Numbered from the stretch's first letter, positions 25,783 through 34,068 are shown. The stretch: DNA of 35,233 nt from an uncultured Chthoniobacterales bacterium (GCA_964243185.1 CAXTFX010000001.1:1-35233); one strand, 5' to 3'. Translations and numbers: made by a program. Notes: generated by a model from the sequence alone, not told the origin.

Positions 25783-26145
25783 GTGAAACAAACCAAGGTG
25801 GCCGAGGGTGGGGCCTGGACGGGAGAGGACCTCTGACAGGAGTTTCAGTTGACCCCCTCCACCCTGCACGCCCGGCGCCGGGACTTTCGCATCGTCTCGT
25901 GGCGGGACGCGCGGGGCCGCTTCCACTACCCGAAGTGGCAGTTCAACGGCGCGGGCGTGCTGCTGCCTGGCATCCAGGAGGTGCTCCAAACCTTTCGCAG
26001 CACGGACCAGTGGGGAGTGATGCGCTACTTCCTGAGTCCTCGGCTCCAGTTGGACGGGCAGACGCCTTTGGCCTCGTTGCGCGCGGGTGAAACCGAGAAG
26101 GTGCCCGCCCACGCGCGCGTCCATGCCCAAGGGAACACCTGGTAG
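25783..26145 (+). pseudogene. Xre/MbcA/ParS-like antitoxin (HTH + DUF2384-type domain) with in-frame TGA
   Basis: The sequence reads ...WTGEDL*QEFQLTPSTLHARRRDFRIVSWRDARGRFHYPKWQFNGAGVLLPGIQEVL...YFLSPRLQLDGQTPLASLRAGETEKV. The TGA at 25834-25836 interrupts the HTH. A TTG at 25849 could restart translation of a 98-aa product. Confidence 0.5.
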
Positions 26146-26326
26146 CCCCAACGTCCCGCCGCCGCGGGCGGAGTTCGACCGGCTGCCCCTGTCGCGGCTG
26201 ACCGCAAAGGTTGCCGGCGTCTTTCACCGGCTGCACACCCTGGACCCGGCGACCGGCAGGCCGTGGGGGGCACTGCACTTCAGCCGCCGGGGAGCGCGCT
26301 TCGATCCGGCGGCCGGCTGGACTCTG
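26123..26326 (+). pseudogene. RES-domain toxin N-terminal fragment (tentative)
   Basis: The start overlaps the end of the antitoxin-like gene. VFHRLHTLDPATGRPWGALHFSRRGARFDPAAG resembles the RES N-terminal pattern (..R.......P..F......GRFN..G). The catalytic R-E-S region is absent. Confidence 0.3.
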
Positions 26327-26516
26327 AACTGGGAAAGCCTGCACGTTTTCTGTTCCTGGAAGGGGGAGGAAGCCGCCGGGCGCGTCGCGGCCGAGGAGGA
26401 TAACTTCGCCCGGCTCTGGGAGGACCGGGCCAAGCACGCCATCACCTTCGACGTGCCGGAGGCCACCCGCGCGGACCGGCTGCGCTTCCTGCCGGAGAAC
26501 GACAAACCGGCCCGTT

Positions 26517-27652
26517 TTGCAGAAGATGAAACCGGTTCAACCAGAGCTTCTTCCCGCAGACCCGGCTCCCCGGCCGGACCCGGTGTCCGCCCCGGACGCG
26601 CCGACGGCCCTGCGCCGGCTGGTCTGGGGATGCATCCAGCAAGCCGCGAAGGTGACCGTTGGCGGCGAGCGGGTGAGGGAGACCACCGCGAACGTCGCCC
26701 CCTGGCCGCACCAGGTCCGCGCCTTCCAGTGACTCTATTCCCACCGGCCCCCACGGCTGCTCATCGCCGACGAGGTCGGTCTCGGCAACAGCGTCCAGGC
26801 CGGTCTGCTGATGCGTCAGGCGTGGCTGGCGGGCCGGGCGAAACGGATGCTCCTCCTGGCCCCGGCCAACGTCGGCCGGCAGTGGCGGACGGTGGGGGAT
26901 CGTTTCGCCCCTCTTTCCCCCGCCGAGGCCACTAATCTTCTACGCGGCGGTCGAGGACTACATCCAGACGACCCACCAGCAGGCCACCGCCAAGGAGGAG
27001 AACGCCGTGGGTTTCGTGATGACCATCTACCGGCGCCGGCTGGCTTCCCCCTTCGCGGCGCTGCGCCAAGCCTTGGAGGAGCGCGGCGCCGGATGCGGGC
27101 GGCCGACCCCGGCGATGATCGGGTCGAGGAGAAAACGATGGGGGATGCGTTCGACGCCGCCGGGGAAATCCTGGGACGCGAGGAGGTGACGGTGTCGAGC
27201 AGGAAGCCCTCGCCCGCGAGGAAGCGGGGGACGTGGCGGCCCTCCAGGAATCCATCCGCACCCTGCCGCCGGACTCGAAGGCCAGCCGGTTGGCAGCGGC
27301 GCTGGAGGAGCTGCGGGCCGCCGGTCACGCTCAAGCGGTGGTGTTCACCCAATACACCGACACGATGGACTTCCTGCGGGAGGAGCTGCTGGCAGGCGCT
27401 GGCGGGGCGGACCGGCGCATCCTCTGCTTTTCCGGCCGCGGGGGCGAGGTCCGCGAGACGGCCGGCTCCTGGAAAGGCGTCTCCCGCGACGAGGCTGAAC
27501 GCCGTTTCCAGGAGGGCCAAGCCGACGTGCTCCCCCGTGCGGACGCTGACACCGGGGCGTTCTGGCACGCCCACTTGCGTGCGCCCCGGCACCGGTCCTG
27601 CAAAGTGACAAAGGTAGAACAGTGCAAGTCCCCCGCGCCGGCCGACGACTGA
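26517..27652 (+). pseudogene. SNF2/RapA-like helicase remnants (stop codon, several frameshifts, deletions)
   Basis: Pieces lie in different frames. They are PWPHQVRAFQ*LYSHRPPRLLIADEVGLGNSVQAGLLMRQAWLAGRAKRMLLLAPANVGRQW (motifs I/Ia, TGA at 26730), FYAAVEDYIQ...AVGFVMTIYRRRLASPFAALRQALEER, and DSKASRLAAALEELRAAGHAQAVVFTQYTDTMDFLREEL (helicase C-terminal domain). Confidence 0.65.
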
Positions 27653-27758
27653 AGCCGCCGCCTTAGACCCAGCGCTCGCTCCGGCGCGTGTCTATCACCC
27701 GCGCCATCGAACGCGGGGTGGACGTAAAAGTCATCGCGGAGGGCCGGGGGCGTGTTTG

Positions 27759-28112
27759 TCATCCCGAATTCGGAGCACCCGTTCGCTCTCGGGGGGGTGC
27801 CCCCCGCGCTTGCTTCTGCGGGTCTTGTCGGCCTTGATGGCGCACCGTGGCCAGGTAGCGCGCGCGCAGATCTGCCAAGCTGGGCAGGTCGCCCGCAGGT
27901 CGCATCCCGCCGAGTTCGGCCTGCGACCCGGCCAGCCGACGCTTGGCCAAGGGGCGGTCGGTGGTGCGTAGGCTGCGGCGCAGCTCCTTGCCCGCCTCCT
28001 CCAACCGGGCATAGTAGATGCCGTTGGACGAATATCCGTAGGGACGCTCCCCGACCTGCTCGAACCTTCCCGCCGACGCGGCAGGGGAACGGGGACGGGT
28101 GGGTGAGTTCAT
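27759..28112 (-). pseudogene. tyrosine recombinase (phage-type integrase) N-terminal fragment
   Basis: NGIYYARLEEAGKELRRSLRTTDRPLAKRRLAGSQAEL...LADLRARYLATV matches the N-terminal arm and SAM-like region of tRNA-associated integrases. The catalytic domain is missing. It lies 80 nt from tRNA-Val. Confidence 0.6.
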
Positions 28113-28192
28113 TGCCGGTAGTTCGTCCCGAGCCGGACAAAACAATTTCGGCGATGAAACGTCTTCCGTAAACATAACAACGGGAATGGCAA

Positions 28193-28267
28193 GGGCGGTT
28201 AGCTCAGCGGTAGAGCGGCTCGTTTACACCGAGTTGGCCGGGGGTTCGAATCCCTCACCGCCCACCA
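28193..28267 (+). tRNA. tRNA-Val (anticodon TAC), CCA encoded
   Basis: The cloverleaf reads GGGCGGT-TA-GCTC-AGCGGTA-GAGC-G-GCTCG-TTTACAC-CGAGT-TGGCC-GGGGG-TTCGAAT-CCCTC-ACCGCCC-A-CCA. All four arms pair, and the anticodon is TAC. Confidence 0.9.
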
Positions 28268-28327
28268 CCTAAACCGCGGCCCCCGCGCGCGACTGCGGCC
28301 TTGAAACGGGGTTTAACCTTTTCCAAC

Positions 28328-29023
28328 ATGACCCACAAAATATCGCTCTTCCTAGCCGCGGGCGCGGCGCTGCTGCTCGCCCCGTTGTCCTCTTCCCACG
28401 CGCAACGTTACGGCGGCGGCGGCAGCCGGCTGGGGGCCTTCGCGGGCGGCGGTGGAGCCCGGTCCGGGGCCGTCAACAGCGCCGCCGGGGCCCGCGGCTA
28501 CAACGGGGCGTCGTTCCGCAACAACCGTAACTTCTACCGGGGCGGTTACGGCGGCTACTACGGTGGCCGTTCCCGCTACTTCTACCGGGGGTCCTACTAC
28601 TACTATGACCCGTTCTTCTTCGGCGGGTTCGGCTACCCTTACTACTACGGCGGTTACGGGCCGGGCTTCGGCGTGGGCTACTACGGCTACGGGGGCTACG
28701 GTTACGGCGACGGCCCCTACGGGGACCGCGTTTACAGCGGGCGCATCGCTTCCGAGGTGAACGGCGGCCGCCGGGGCGGCGGCGACGACGATGAGGACGG
28801 TGACGAGCGGGGCGGCCGCGGGGGACGCTACTCGCCGAACTCAATGGCCCGCGCCGTCCAAAGCGAGCTGAAGGAGCGCGGCTACTACCGGGGTTCCGTG
28901 GACGGGCAGTTCGGCGCCGGCACGGCCAGCGCCCTCCGCAGCTTCCAGCGGGAAAAGGGGCTGAAGGTCACGGGCCGGCTCGACGAGCGCACGCTCAAGG
29001 CGCTCGGCTTCGACCAACGTTAA
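28328..29023 (+). CDS. secreted Gly/Tyr/Arg-rich low-complexity protein with C-terminal peptidoglycan-binding (PG_binding_1-like) domain
   Basis: The signal is MTHKISLFLAAGAALLLAPLSSSHAQ. About 110 aa follow of GGYGGYYGGRSRYFYRGSYYYYDPFFFGGFGYPYYYGGYGPGFGVGYYGYGGYGYG, then an acidic patch. The C-terminus is AVQSELKERGYYRGSVDGQFGAGTASALRSFQREKGLKVTGRLDERTLKAL. Confidence 0.85.
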   Translation: MTHKISLFLAAGAALLLAPLSSSHAQRYGGGGSRLGAFAGGGGARSGAVNSAAGARGYNGASFRNNRNFYRGGYGGYYGGRSRYFYRGSYYYYDPFFFGGFGYPYYYGGYGPGFGVGYYGYGGYGYGDGPYGDRVYSGRIASEVNGGRRGGGDDDEDGDERGGRGGRYSPNSMARAVQSELKERGYYRGSVDGQFGAGTASALRSFQREKGLKVTGRLDERTLKALGFDQR

Positions 29024-31152
29024 ATGGCGGCCGGGCCGCCGCCCCCCGGTGCGGGCAGGCGCAGGTCGTAGGTCAATAGCTCGGGGCTGGACCGCTGGCA
29101 GGAGTTGCCGGGGTCCGGCCCCCGTTCGGGCGACGGGACCCGCTGGAACTGCCGCTGGTTTTCCTCCAGCCGGTAGGCGTCTTGGACCGGGTGGTCCGGG
29201 GTCGGGGAGGTGATGAGCACCTCCAGCGGCAGGTGCGGCGGGATGCCGGGGTGCAGGGACGGGTAGAGGGCCGTGCGCCGGTAGCGCAGGCCGGCCCCGA
29301 CGACATTCACGCTCAACGGGTTGTTCAGCGACAGCTCGCGGCCGTGGACCCAGACGCGGTGCGCCCGCGCCCACCCCGGCGCGGCGGCGAATTCCAGGCG
29401 CTCGATGGACGTGTCCACGAAGCGGCTCGTGCTCCCGCCCTCGCTCGGCGTCTCCGAGAGCAGCGGCCAACCCTCGCAGGCGCGGCGCACGGTGAGGCCG
29501 TCCGTTCGCAGCAAAGCCGGGAAGCGCCACTCCCACAGCGGGCGGAAGGCCGCCTCCTCGAACGCGAACCCCGCGGCGCGCAGGTCGTGGAGGACGCGGC
29601 GGAAGTCTTCCCACAGCGGCGTGGGCAGGAAGTAGGCGTCGTGCAGCCGCAGGCCGTGGCGCGCCAGCGGCGGCAAGGGCTGGCCGGAGCGTTCCAGGGT
29701 CAGCGCGGCCAGCCCGTGCCAGAGCAGGGCGACGAGGGCCATCCAGTCCGCGCGCGGCAGGCTCTCGATGGCGCGGAACTCGATCAGCCCCGCCGCGGCC
29801 CCGACCGGGCCGGAGAGGTTCCAGAATTTATCGAACGACGTCTCGGAGAGGTGCCCGTTGCCGGAAACGTCCACGTGCAGGTGGCGCAGGGTTTCGCCGA
29901 TCTGGTAGGCGTGATTCTCGCCGGCGGGCAGGCCGGCGAGGTGGCGGTAGCCCATCTCGAGGTCGTAGAGGTCGCGGGCGGATTCGTCCGGCCGCGGGGC
30001 CTGCGAGGAGGCGCCGACGTATTGGCCGGTGAAGGCGTAGGCCAAGCAGGGGTGGGCTTGGAAATAGGCCAGCAGCGTTGCCAGCCACGCCGGGCGGGTG
30101 AAGAAAGGGTTTTCCTCGAGGGACGGCCCGCCGAACAGGAGGTGGTTGCCGCCGCCGGTGCCGAGTTCGGCGCCGTCGGGCAGCCGTTTCCACGAGCGCA
30201 GGCCGACGGCGGCCCCGGCCGTTTCCAGGTCGGACAACCAGCGGGCGTATTCGGACCAATTTTCGCAGGGCGGCAGGTTGACCTCCAGCACGCCGGGGTC
30301 GGCGGTCAGCCCGAGGCGCCGCCACGCGCCGGAGTCGCTGGCGGGCACGTAGCCGTCGAGGCGGACGGCGTGGATGCCGGCGTCCTCCAACTCTTCGTAA
30401 ATGGCGGCGAGCAGCTCCCGCCAGGGGGCTTGCAGCAGCGGCGGCAGGAAGACGCGCAGGGCGCCGTCCCCGGGGTCGGTTTCCACCGTCAACGCCCGGC
30501 GCAGGGCGTCGGGCGGCAGCGTCCCCAGCGGCAGCCGCAGCCCCGCCCCCCCGGCGGCGTTGACCAGGGGCAGGAAGCGGGCGCGGCCCGCGGTTCTCAG
30601 CAGCCCGCGCCACGCGCCGGCCGCGTCCGTGAACCAGCGTTCGCCGTCGTGGTCCAGCGGCAGGGCGTGGGCGGTGGCGGCGGCGTGGCGGCGGCCGGTC
30701 GGGGAAACCTCGTCCCGCGCGGGCAGCCAGGCGTCCGCGGGCAGACCGAGGCGGGCGGCGAGGCGGCGGCGGAAGGCGGGCAGGGATTTTAGGTTTTGGA
30801 CTTTGGACTTTGGACTTTCCTCCTCCGCGGGGATGGCCGGCGGGTGGGGGGCGAGCGGGGGGCCGCCGTCCGGGTTCCAGAGGAGGTTGAGCACCCAGCG
30901 CGGGTTTGTCTCGCCGGGGTAACGTTTGCCGGGGGAAAGGACCGCCGCGGCCCCGGGGGTGATGCCCCGGCCGATGAGCGTCCCCGCCAGGCGGTAGGCG
31001 TGTCGCAGCTTGGTGGGGCCGACGGCCGCCACGAGCCACTCGGCGCCCTGCGGGTCGTCGGGGACCAGCGTGGGCTCGCCGCCGAGGGTCAGGCGCACGC
31101 CCGCGGCGGCGAGGCGGGCTTCAATGGCGGCGGCGACTTCGGGGGCGTTCAT
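29020..31152 (-). CDS. DUF2126 (putative amidoligase) domain protein, stand-alone
   Basis: The ATG at 31152 gives MNAPEVAAAIEARL. Motifs recalled from DUF2126 are LGTGGGNHLLFGGPSLEENPFFTRPAWLATLLAYFQAHPCLAYAFTGQYVGASSQAPRPDESARDLYDLEMGY and IEFRAIE. No transglutaminase domain is fused. Confidence 0.8.
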   Translation of the reverse strand: MNAPEVAAAIEARLAAAGVRLTLGGEPTLVPDDPQGAEWLVAAVGPTKLRHAYRLAGTLIGRGITPGAAAVLSPGKRYPGETNPRWVLNLLWNPDGGPPLAPHPPAIPAEEESPKSKVQNLKSLPAFRRRLAARLGLPADAWLPARDEVSPTGRRHAAATAHALPLDHDGERWFTDAAGAWRGLLRTAGRARFLPLVNAAGGAGLRLPLGTLPPDALRRALTVETDPGDGALRVFLPPLLQAPWRELLAAIYEELEDAGIHAVRLDGYVPASDSGAWRRLGLTADPGVLEVNLPPCENWSEYARWLSDLETAGAAVGLRSWKRLPDGAELGTGGGNHLLFGGPSLEENPFFTRPAWLATLLAYFQAHPCLAYAFTGQYVGASSQAPRPDESARDLYDLEMGYRHLAGLPAGENHAYQIGETLRHLHVDVSGNGHLSETSFDKFWNLSGPVGAAAGLIEFRAIESLPRADWMALVALLWHGLAALTLERSGQPLPPLARHGLRLHDAYFLPTPLWEDFRRVLHDLRAAGFAFEEAAFRPLWEWRFPALLRTDGLTVRRACEGWPLLSETPSEGGSTSRFVDTSIERLEFAAAPGWARAHRVWVHGRELSLNNPLSVNVVGAGLRYRRTALYPSLHPGIPPHLPLEVLITSPTPDHPVQDAYRLEENQRQFQRVPSPERGPDPGNSCQRSSPELLTYDLRLPAPGGGGPAAI
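30798..30818. repeat. tandem heptamer tract (GGACTTT)x3 inside the DUF2126 CDS
   Basis: Three exact copies lie at 30798-30818, flanked by degenerate copies from 30787. On the coding strand the tract is translated in frame as EESPKSKVQNLKS. Confidence 0.85.
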
Positions 31153-31955
31153 CAGGCGGGTTCGACGCGGTGGATGGAAGCGGCGCGCACCGTGTCGAAA
31201 AGGTGCTGGCGGTTGCCTTTGACGTTCGCCGGCCGACCGTCCGCGCGCGGGCCGGGGCGCAGGACGGCCAAGGCGAAACCGCCCCACATCTGGCCGGCCA
31301 CGGGGCCGTCGCCGGGGAAGACGCCCGGCGTGTAGTCGAGCTGCACGCGGCGGACGTGCGGGCTGGCGTCCCAATCGGCCCCGGCGATGCCCCGGCGGCA
31401 CTCGGGGTTAAACGAATCGTGCATCAGGACGAACAAGGGCTGGGTGCGCGGCTGGTAGCCGGCGAGGAGGTCCTCGATGTCCCGGCGCACGGCCCCGGCG
31501 GAGTGGTCGCCGTCAATGAGCACGAAATCAATCTCCTCGCCCTCCGCGTTCAGCCGGGCGAGCAGCGCGGGCAGGGTTTCGCGCGAGGGGCCGGCGAGGA
31601 ACTCGACGTTCGGGAAACGTTGACCCAGGGCCGCCTCCCGGTCGGGGCGGATGTCGAGGGTGAACACCCGCCCGGTGGTGTGCCGGGCGATGGCCGAGAG
31701 GCTGCCCCCGTCGGCCGTGCCGATCTCAATGGACACGCGCGGCTTCAGGCTGCCGACGACGTGCAGGAGCATGACCCGTTCAACGATGTCCATCTGCCAG
31801 CCCGTGGTGATCAGACCGGCGAAGACCTCGCTGTCGAAGGAGGCGGTGCCGGGGGCGGGACCGGCTTCGCCAAAATGACGAAGGACGAAGGACGAAGGAC
31901 GAAGGGGATCTGCGGGCGGTTGTTCGCTGCCGCCGTTGGCTGGGAGCTCGCTCAT
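31152..31955 (-). CDS. class I SAM-dependent methyltransferase (Methyltransf_24/CmcI-like)
   Basis: The core reads VSIEIGTADGGSLSAIARHTTGRVFTLDIRPD...FVLIDGDHSAGAVRRDIEDLL. The stop overlaps the DUF2126 start (TGATG at 31150-31154). The start is uncertain (31955 or 31988), and the N-terminal 30 codons run through a heptamer repeat. Confidence 0.75.
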   Translation of the reverse strand: MSELPANGGSEQPPADPLRPSSFVLRHFGEAGPAPGTASFDSEVFAGLITTGWQMDIVERVMLLHVVGSLKPRVSIEIGTADGGSLSAIARHTTGRVFTLDIRPDREAALGQRFPNVEFLAGPSRETLPALLARLNAEGEEIDFVLIDGDHSAGAVRRDIEDLLAGYQPRTQPLFVLMHDSFNPECRRGIAGADWDASPHVRRVQLDYTPGVFPGDGPVAGQMWGGFALAVLRPGPRADGRPANVKGNRQHLFDTVRAASIHRVEPA

Positions 31956-31996
31956 GGTCCCGGTGGTCCTTTTCTCGTCATTCGTCATTCGTCACT
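31877..31996. repeat. imperfect inverted repeat built from GACGAAG / CGTCATT heptamer tracts
   Basis: (GACGAAG)x4 lies at 31877-31904. CGTCATT CGTCATT CGTCACT lies at 31976-31996. The arms are complementary at 6 of 7 positions per unit and are separated by about 70 nt containing the ATG at 31955. The right arm contains the TGase-2 stop (31992-31994). Confidence 0.8.
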
Positions 31997-32879
31997 CCGC
32001 CCGCGGGGCGGCGTCCAGCGGGAACAGATCGACGCTGGCCGTCATCTCGCTCGCCACCTTTTCAGAGCCGTAGTAGGCGCCGCCGATGGGCGTGATGTCC
32101 GCCGGCGTCAGGCCCACAGCCGTGGCGAGGTGGCGTTCGTCGCAGAAGATGCCGTTGGTCGGGTCCAGCCCGAGCCAGCCGGCGCCGGGGAGGAACACCT
32201 CGACCCAGGCGTGCATGGCGCCCTCGGCCCGCCGTTCGCTCGTGGCCACGCCGGCCTCGAACAGGTAGCCGCTGACCAGCCGGGAGGCGAGGCCCAGGCC
32301 GTCGCGCAGGACGGCGGCCTGGAGCACGGCGAAGTCCCGGCAGGCGCCGATGCCCCCCGCCAGGGTCTCCGCCGGGGGGCGCGCCCGGCCGGTGTCCCGG
32401 CGCTCGTATTGGAGGTGTTCCCGAAAGGCCTTGGTCAGTTCCACGAGCATCGGCACGGTGCCGCCGCCGTCCGCCGGGCGTTCCCAGAAGGGCAGGGGAG
32501 CGGCGTGCCGCGCCGAGACCTCCGGCGGGGCGAGATAGACGGCGAGCCGGGCGCGGTCCTCCAACTCGTAGTCGAAGGGGAAGTTCACGGCGTAGTTCTC
32601 CAGCAGGAAATCGAACGGGTTGCGCTCGGTCAGCTCCACCTCGGCCGTGAAGTCGAAGCGCAGGTCGGCCGTCGGTTCGGAGGCGTAGTTGCAGCGGGCA
32701 ACGAGGTTGTCGAACAGGTCGCGCCGGTGGCGGACGGCGGCGCCGGGGTTGGTGACGAGCTCGGCGCGGTGGGCGATGCGCCCAGGTTCGGGTCGGGGGA
32801 AGAGCCGGACGTGGTGGGGGCCGAAGCCGACGGGGCGTTCGTAACGGTAGAGGGTGCGGTGTTCGATGCGGAGGCGCAT
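31992..32879 (-). CDS. transglutaminase-like cysteine peptidase family protein (Bact_transglu_N + Transglut_core)
   Basis: MRLRIEHRTLYRYERPV is the canonical N-terminal domain start. The catalytic Cys is in GACRDFAVLQAAVLR, and the His/Asp are in HAWVEVFLPGAGWLGLDPTNG. An alternative start lies at 32918. Confidence 0.85.
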   Translation of the reverse strand: MRLRIEHRTLYRYERPVGFGPHHVRLFPRPEPGRIAHRAELVTNPGAAVRHRRDLFDNLVARCNYASEPTADLRFDFTAEVELTERNPFDFLLENYAVNFPFDYELEDRARLAVYLAPPEVSARHAAPLPFWERPADGGGTVPMLVELTKAFREHLQYERRDTGRARPPAETLAGGIGACRDFAVLQAAVLRDGLGLASRLVSGYLFEAGVATSERRAEGAMHAWVEVFLPGAGWLGLDPTNGIFCDERHLATAVGLTPADITPIGGAYYGSEKVASEMTASVDLFPLDAAPRAE

Positions 32880-32998
32880 AGGGACCGCGCCGTCCACCAC
32901 GAAGGGAGTTTTGTCCATCGCATTCCGCGTCCGGGCGCTACCCGGGGTTGACAACCGCGGTCCCTCGCTTACATCCCGCGCACCGGTCACCGGTGTTC

Positions 32999-34036
32999 AT
33001 GGAAACCCCTACGCCAGTCTCCGCCCTCCGTCCCGTCTTGGTCCACGACAAAGGCTGCCTCAACGTCTCCACGGTCGCCGCCGAGCTGCGGAGCCTGTGC
33101 CGGCCCCGGCCGCTGCGCGCGTGGCTCGGCGTGGCGGGGGACTGGGCGGTGATCGCCGCGGCCATCATCCTGGCGCGGCTGGTTCCCGGGGTCTGGCACT
33201 GGCCGGCCGTCGTGGTCGCCCTAGCCGTCATCGGCGGCCGGCAGCACGCGCTGCTGGTCCTGATGCACGACGCCGCCCACGGTCGGTTCCTGCGCTCCCG
33301 GCGGTGGAACGATCTGCTGTCGAACGCGCTGTTGGCGTGGCCCGGCTTCGTTTCCACGGAGTCCTACCGCGAGAACCACCTGCTCCACCACCAGCACGTC
33401 AACACGGAGGACGACCCCGACCACCGGCGCAAGGCGGGGCGCGAGGAGTGGGAGTTCCCGAAAACGATGGCGGAGGTGCTCGCCGTCTTCGCCCGCGCCT
33501 TTTTGCTGGGCGAGGCCATCGAGATCGCCCGGATGCTCATCCGCATGGCCTGCGGTAAAGCCCCCGGGCAGGGCGCCAAGGCGGCGGCCCGTTCCCCGTG
33601 GCCGCGGTTGGCGTATTACCTGGGTTGGGCAGGGTTCCTGACGCTGGTCGGGGGCTGGGGCACCTTCGGCTTGTATTGGCTGCTGCCGTTGGTGACGTTC
33701 GCGGCCATGTATGCGCGCATCCGCTCGGTTTGCGAGCACTTCGGGGTGGAGCGCGAGCACGACCTCAACCACACGCGCAACTACCGGGCGTCCTTCCTGG
33801 AGCGGGCCACGGTGGCGCCCCACGGCATCCACTACCACCTCACGCACCACCTGTTCCCGGCCATCCCGTTCTACGCGCTGCCGGAGGCCGACCGGCTGTT
33901 GATGACCGTTCCCCAATACCGCGACGGGGCGCACCTCAACGCGGAGGTGTTCTCCGCCGACGACCGCAGCGTCCTCTGCGACCTGCTGCGCGGCGGTCCG
34001 GCGGGGGACAAACGGCGGTTGGTGCCGGTGGCGTGA
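32999..34036 (+). CDS. membrane fatty-acid desaturase family protein
   Basis: Three histidine boxes are present: HDAAHG, HLLHHQH and HYHLTHH. Flanking hydrophobic segments are also present. The gene is divergent from TGase-2 across 120 nt. Confidence 0.85.
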   Translation: METPTPVSALRPVLVHDKGCLNVSTVAAELRSLCRPRPLRAWLGVAGDWAVIAAAIILARLVPGVWHWPAVVVALAVIGGRQHALLVLMHDAAHGRFLRSRRWNDLLSNALLAWPGFVSTESYRENHLLHHQHVNTEDDPDHRRKAGREEWEFPKTMAEVLAVFARAFLLGEAIEIARMLIRMACGKAPGQGAKAAARSPWPRLAYYLGWAGFLTLVGGWGTFGLYWLLPLVTFAAMYARIRSVCEHFGVEREHDLNHTRNYRASFLERATVAPHGIHYHLTHHLFPAIPFYALPEADRLLMTVPQYRDGAHLNAEVFSADDRSVLCDLLRGGPAGDKRRLVPVA

Positions 34037-34068
34037 CCGGGGGGTTTAAACGCCACCGTTGTCAACGC

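Noticed and set aside
25834-26732. I considered the in-frame TGA codons in the antitoxin-like gene (25834) and the helicase (26730), and the in-frame TAG codons at 18349 and 18397, as recoding events (selenocysteine, pyrrolysine or readthrough).
   Set aside because: No SECIS-like hairpin was noticed downstream. The affected genes also carry frameshifts and deletions, and intact neighbouring genes use TGA, TAG and TAA as normal stops.
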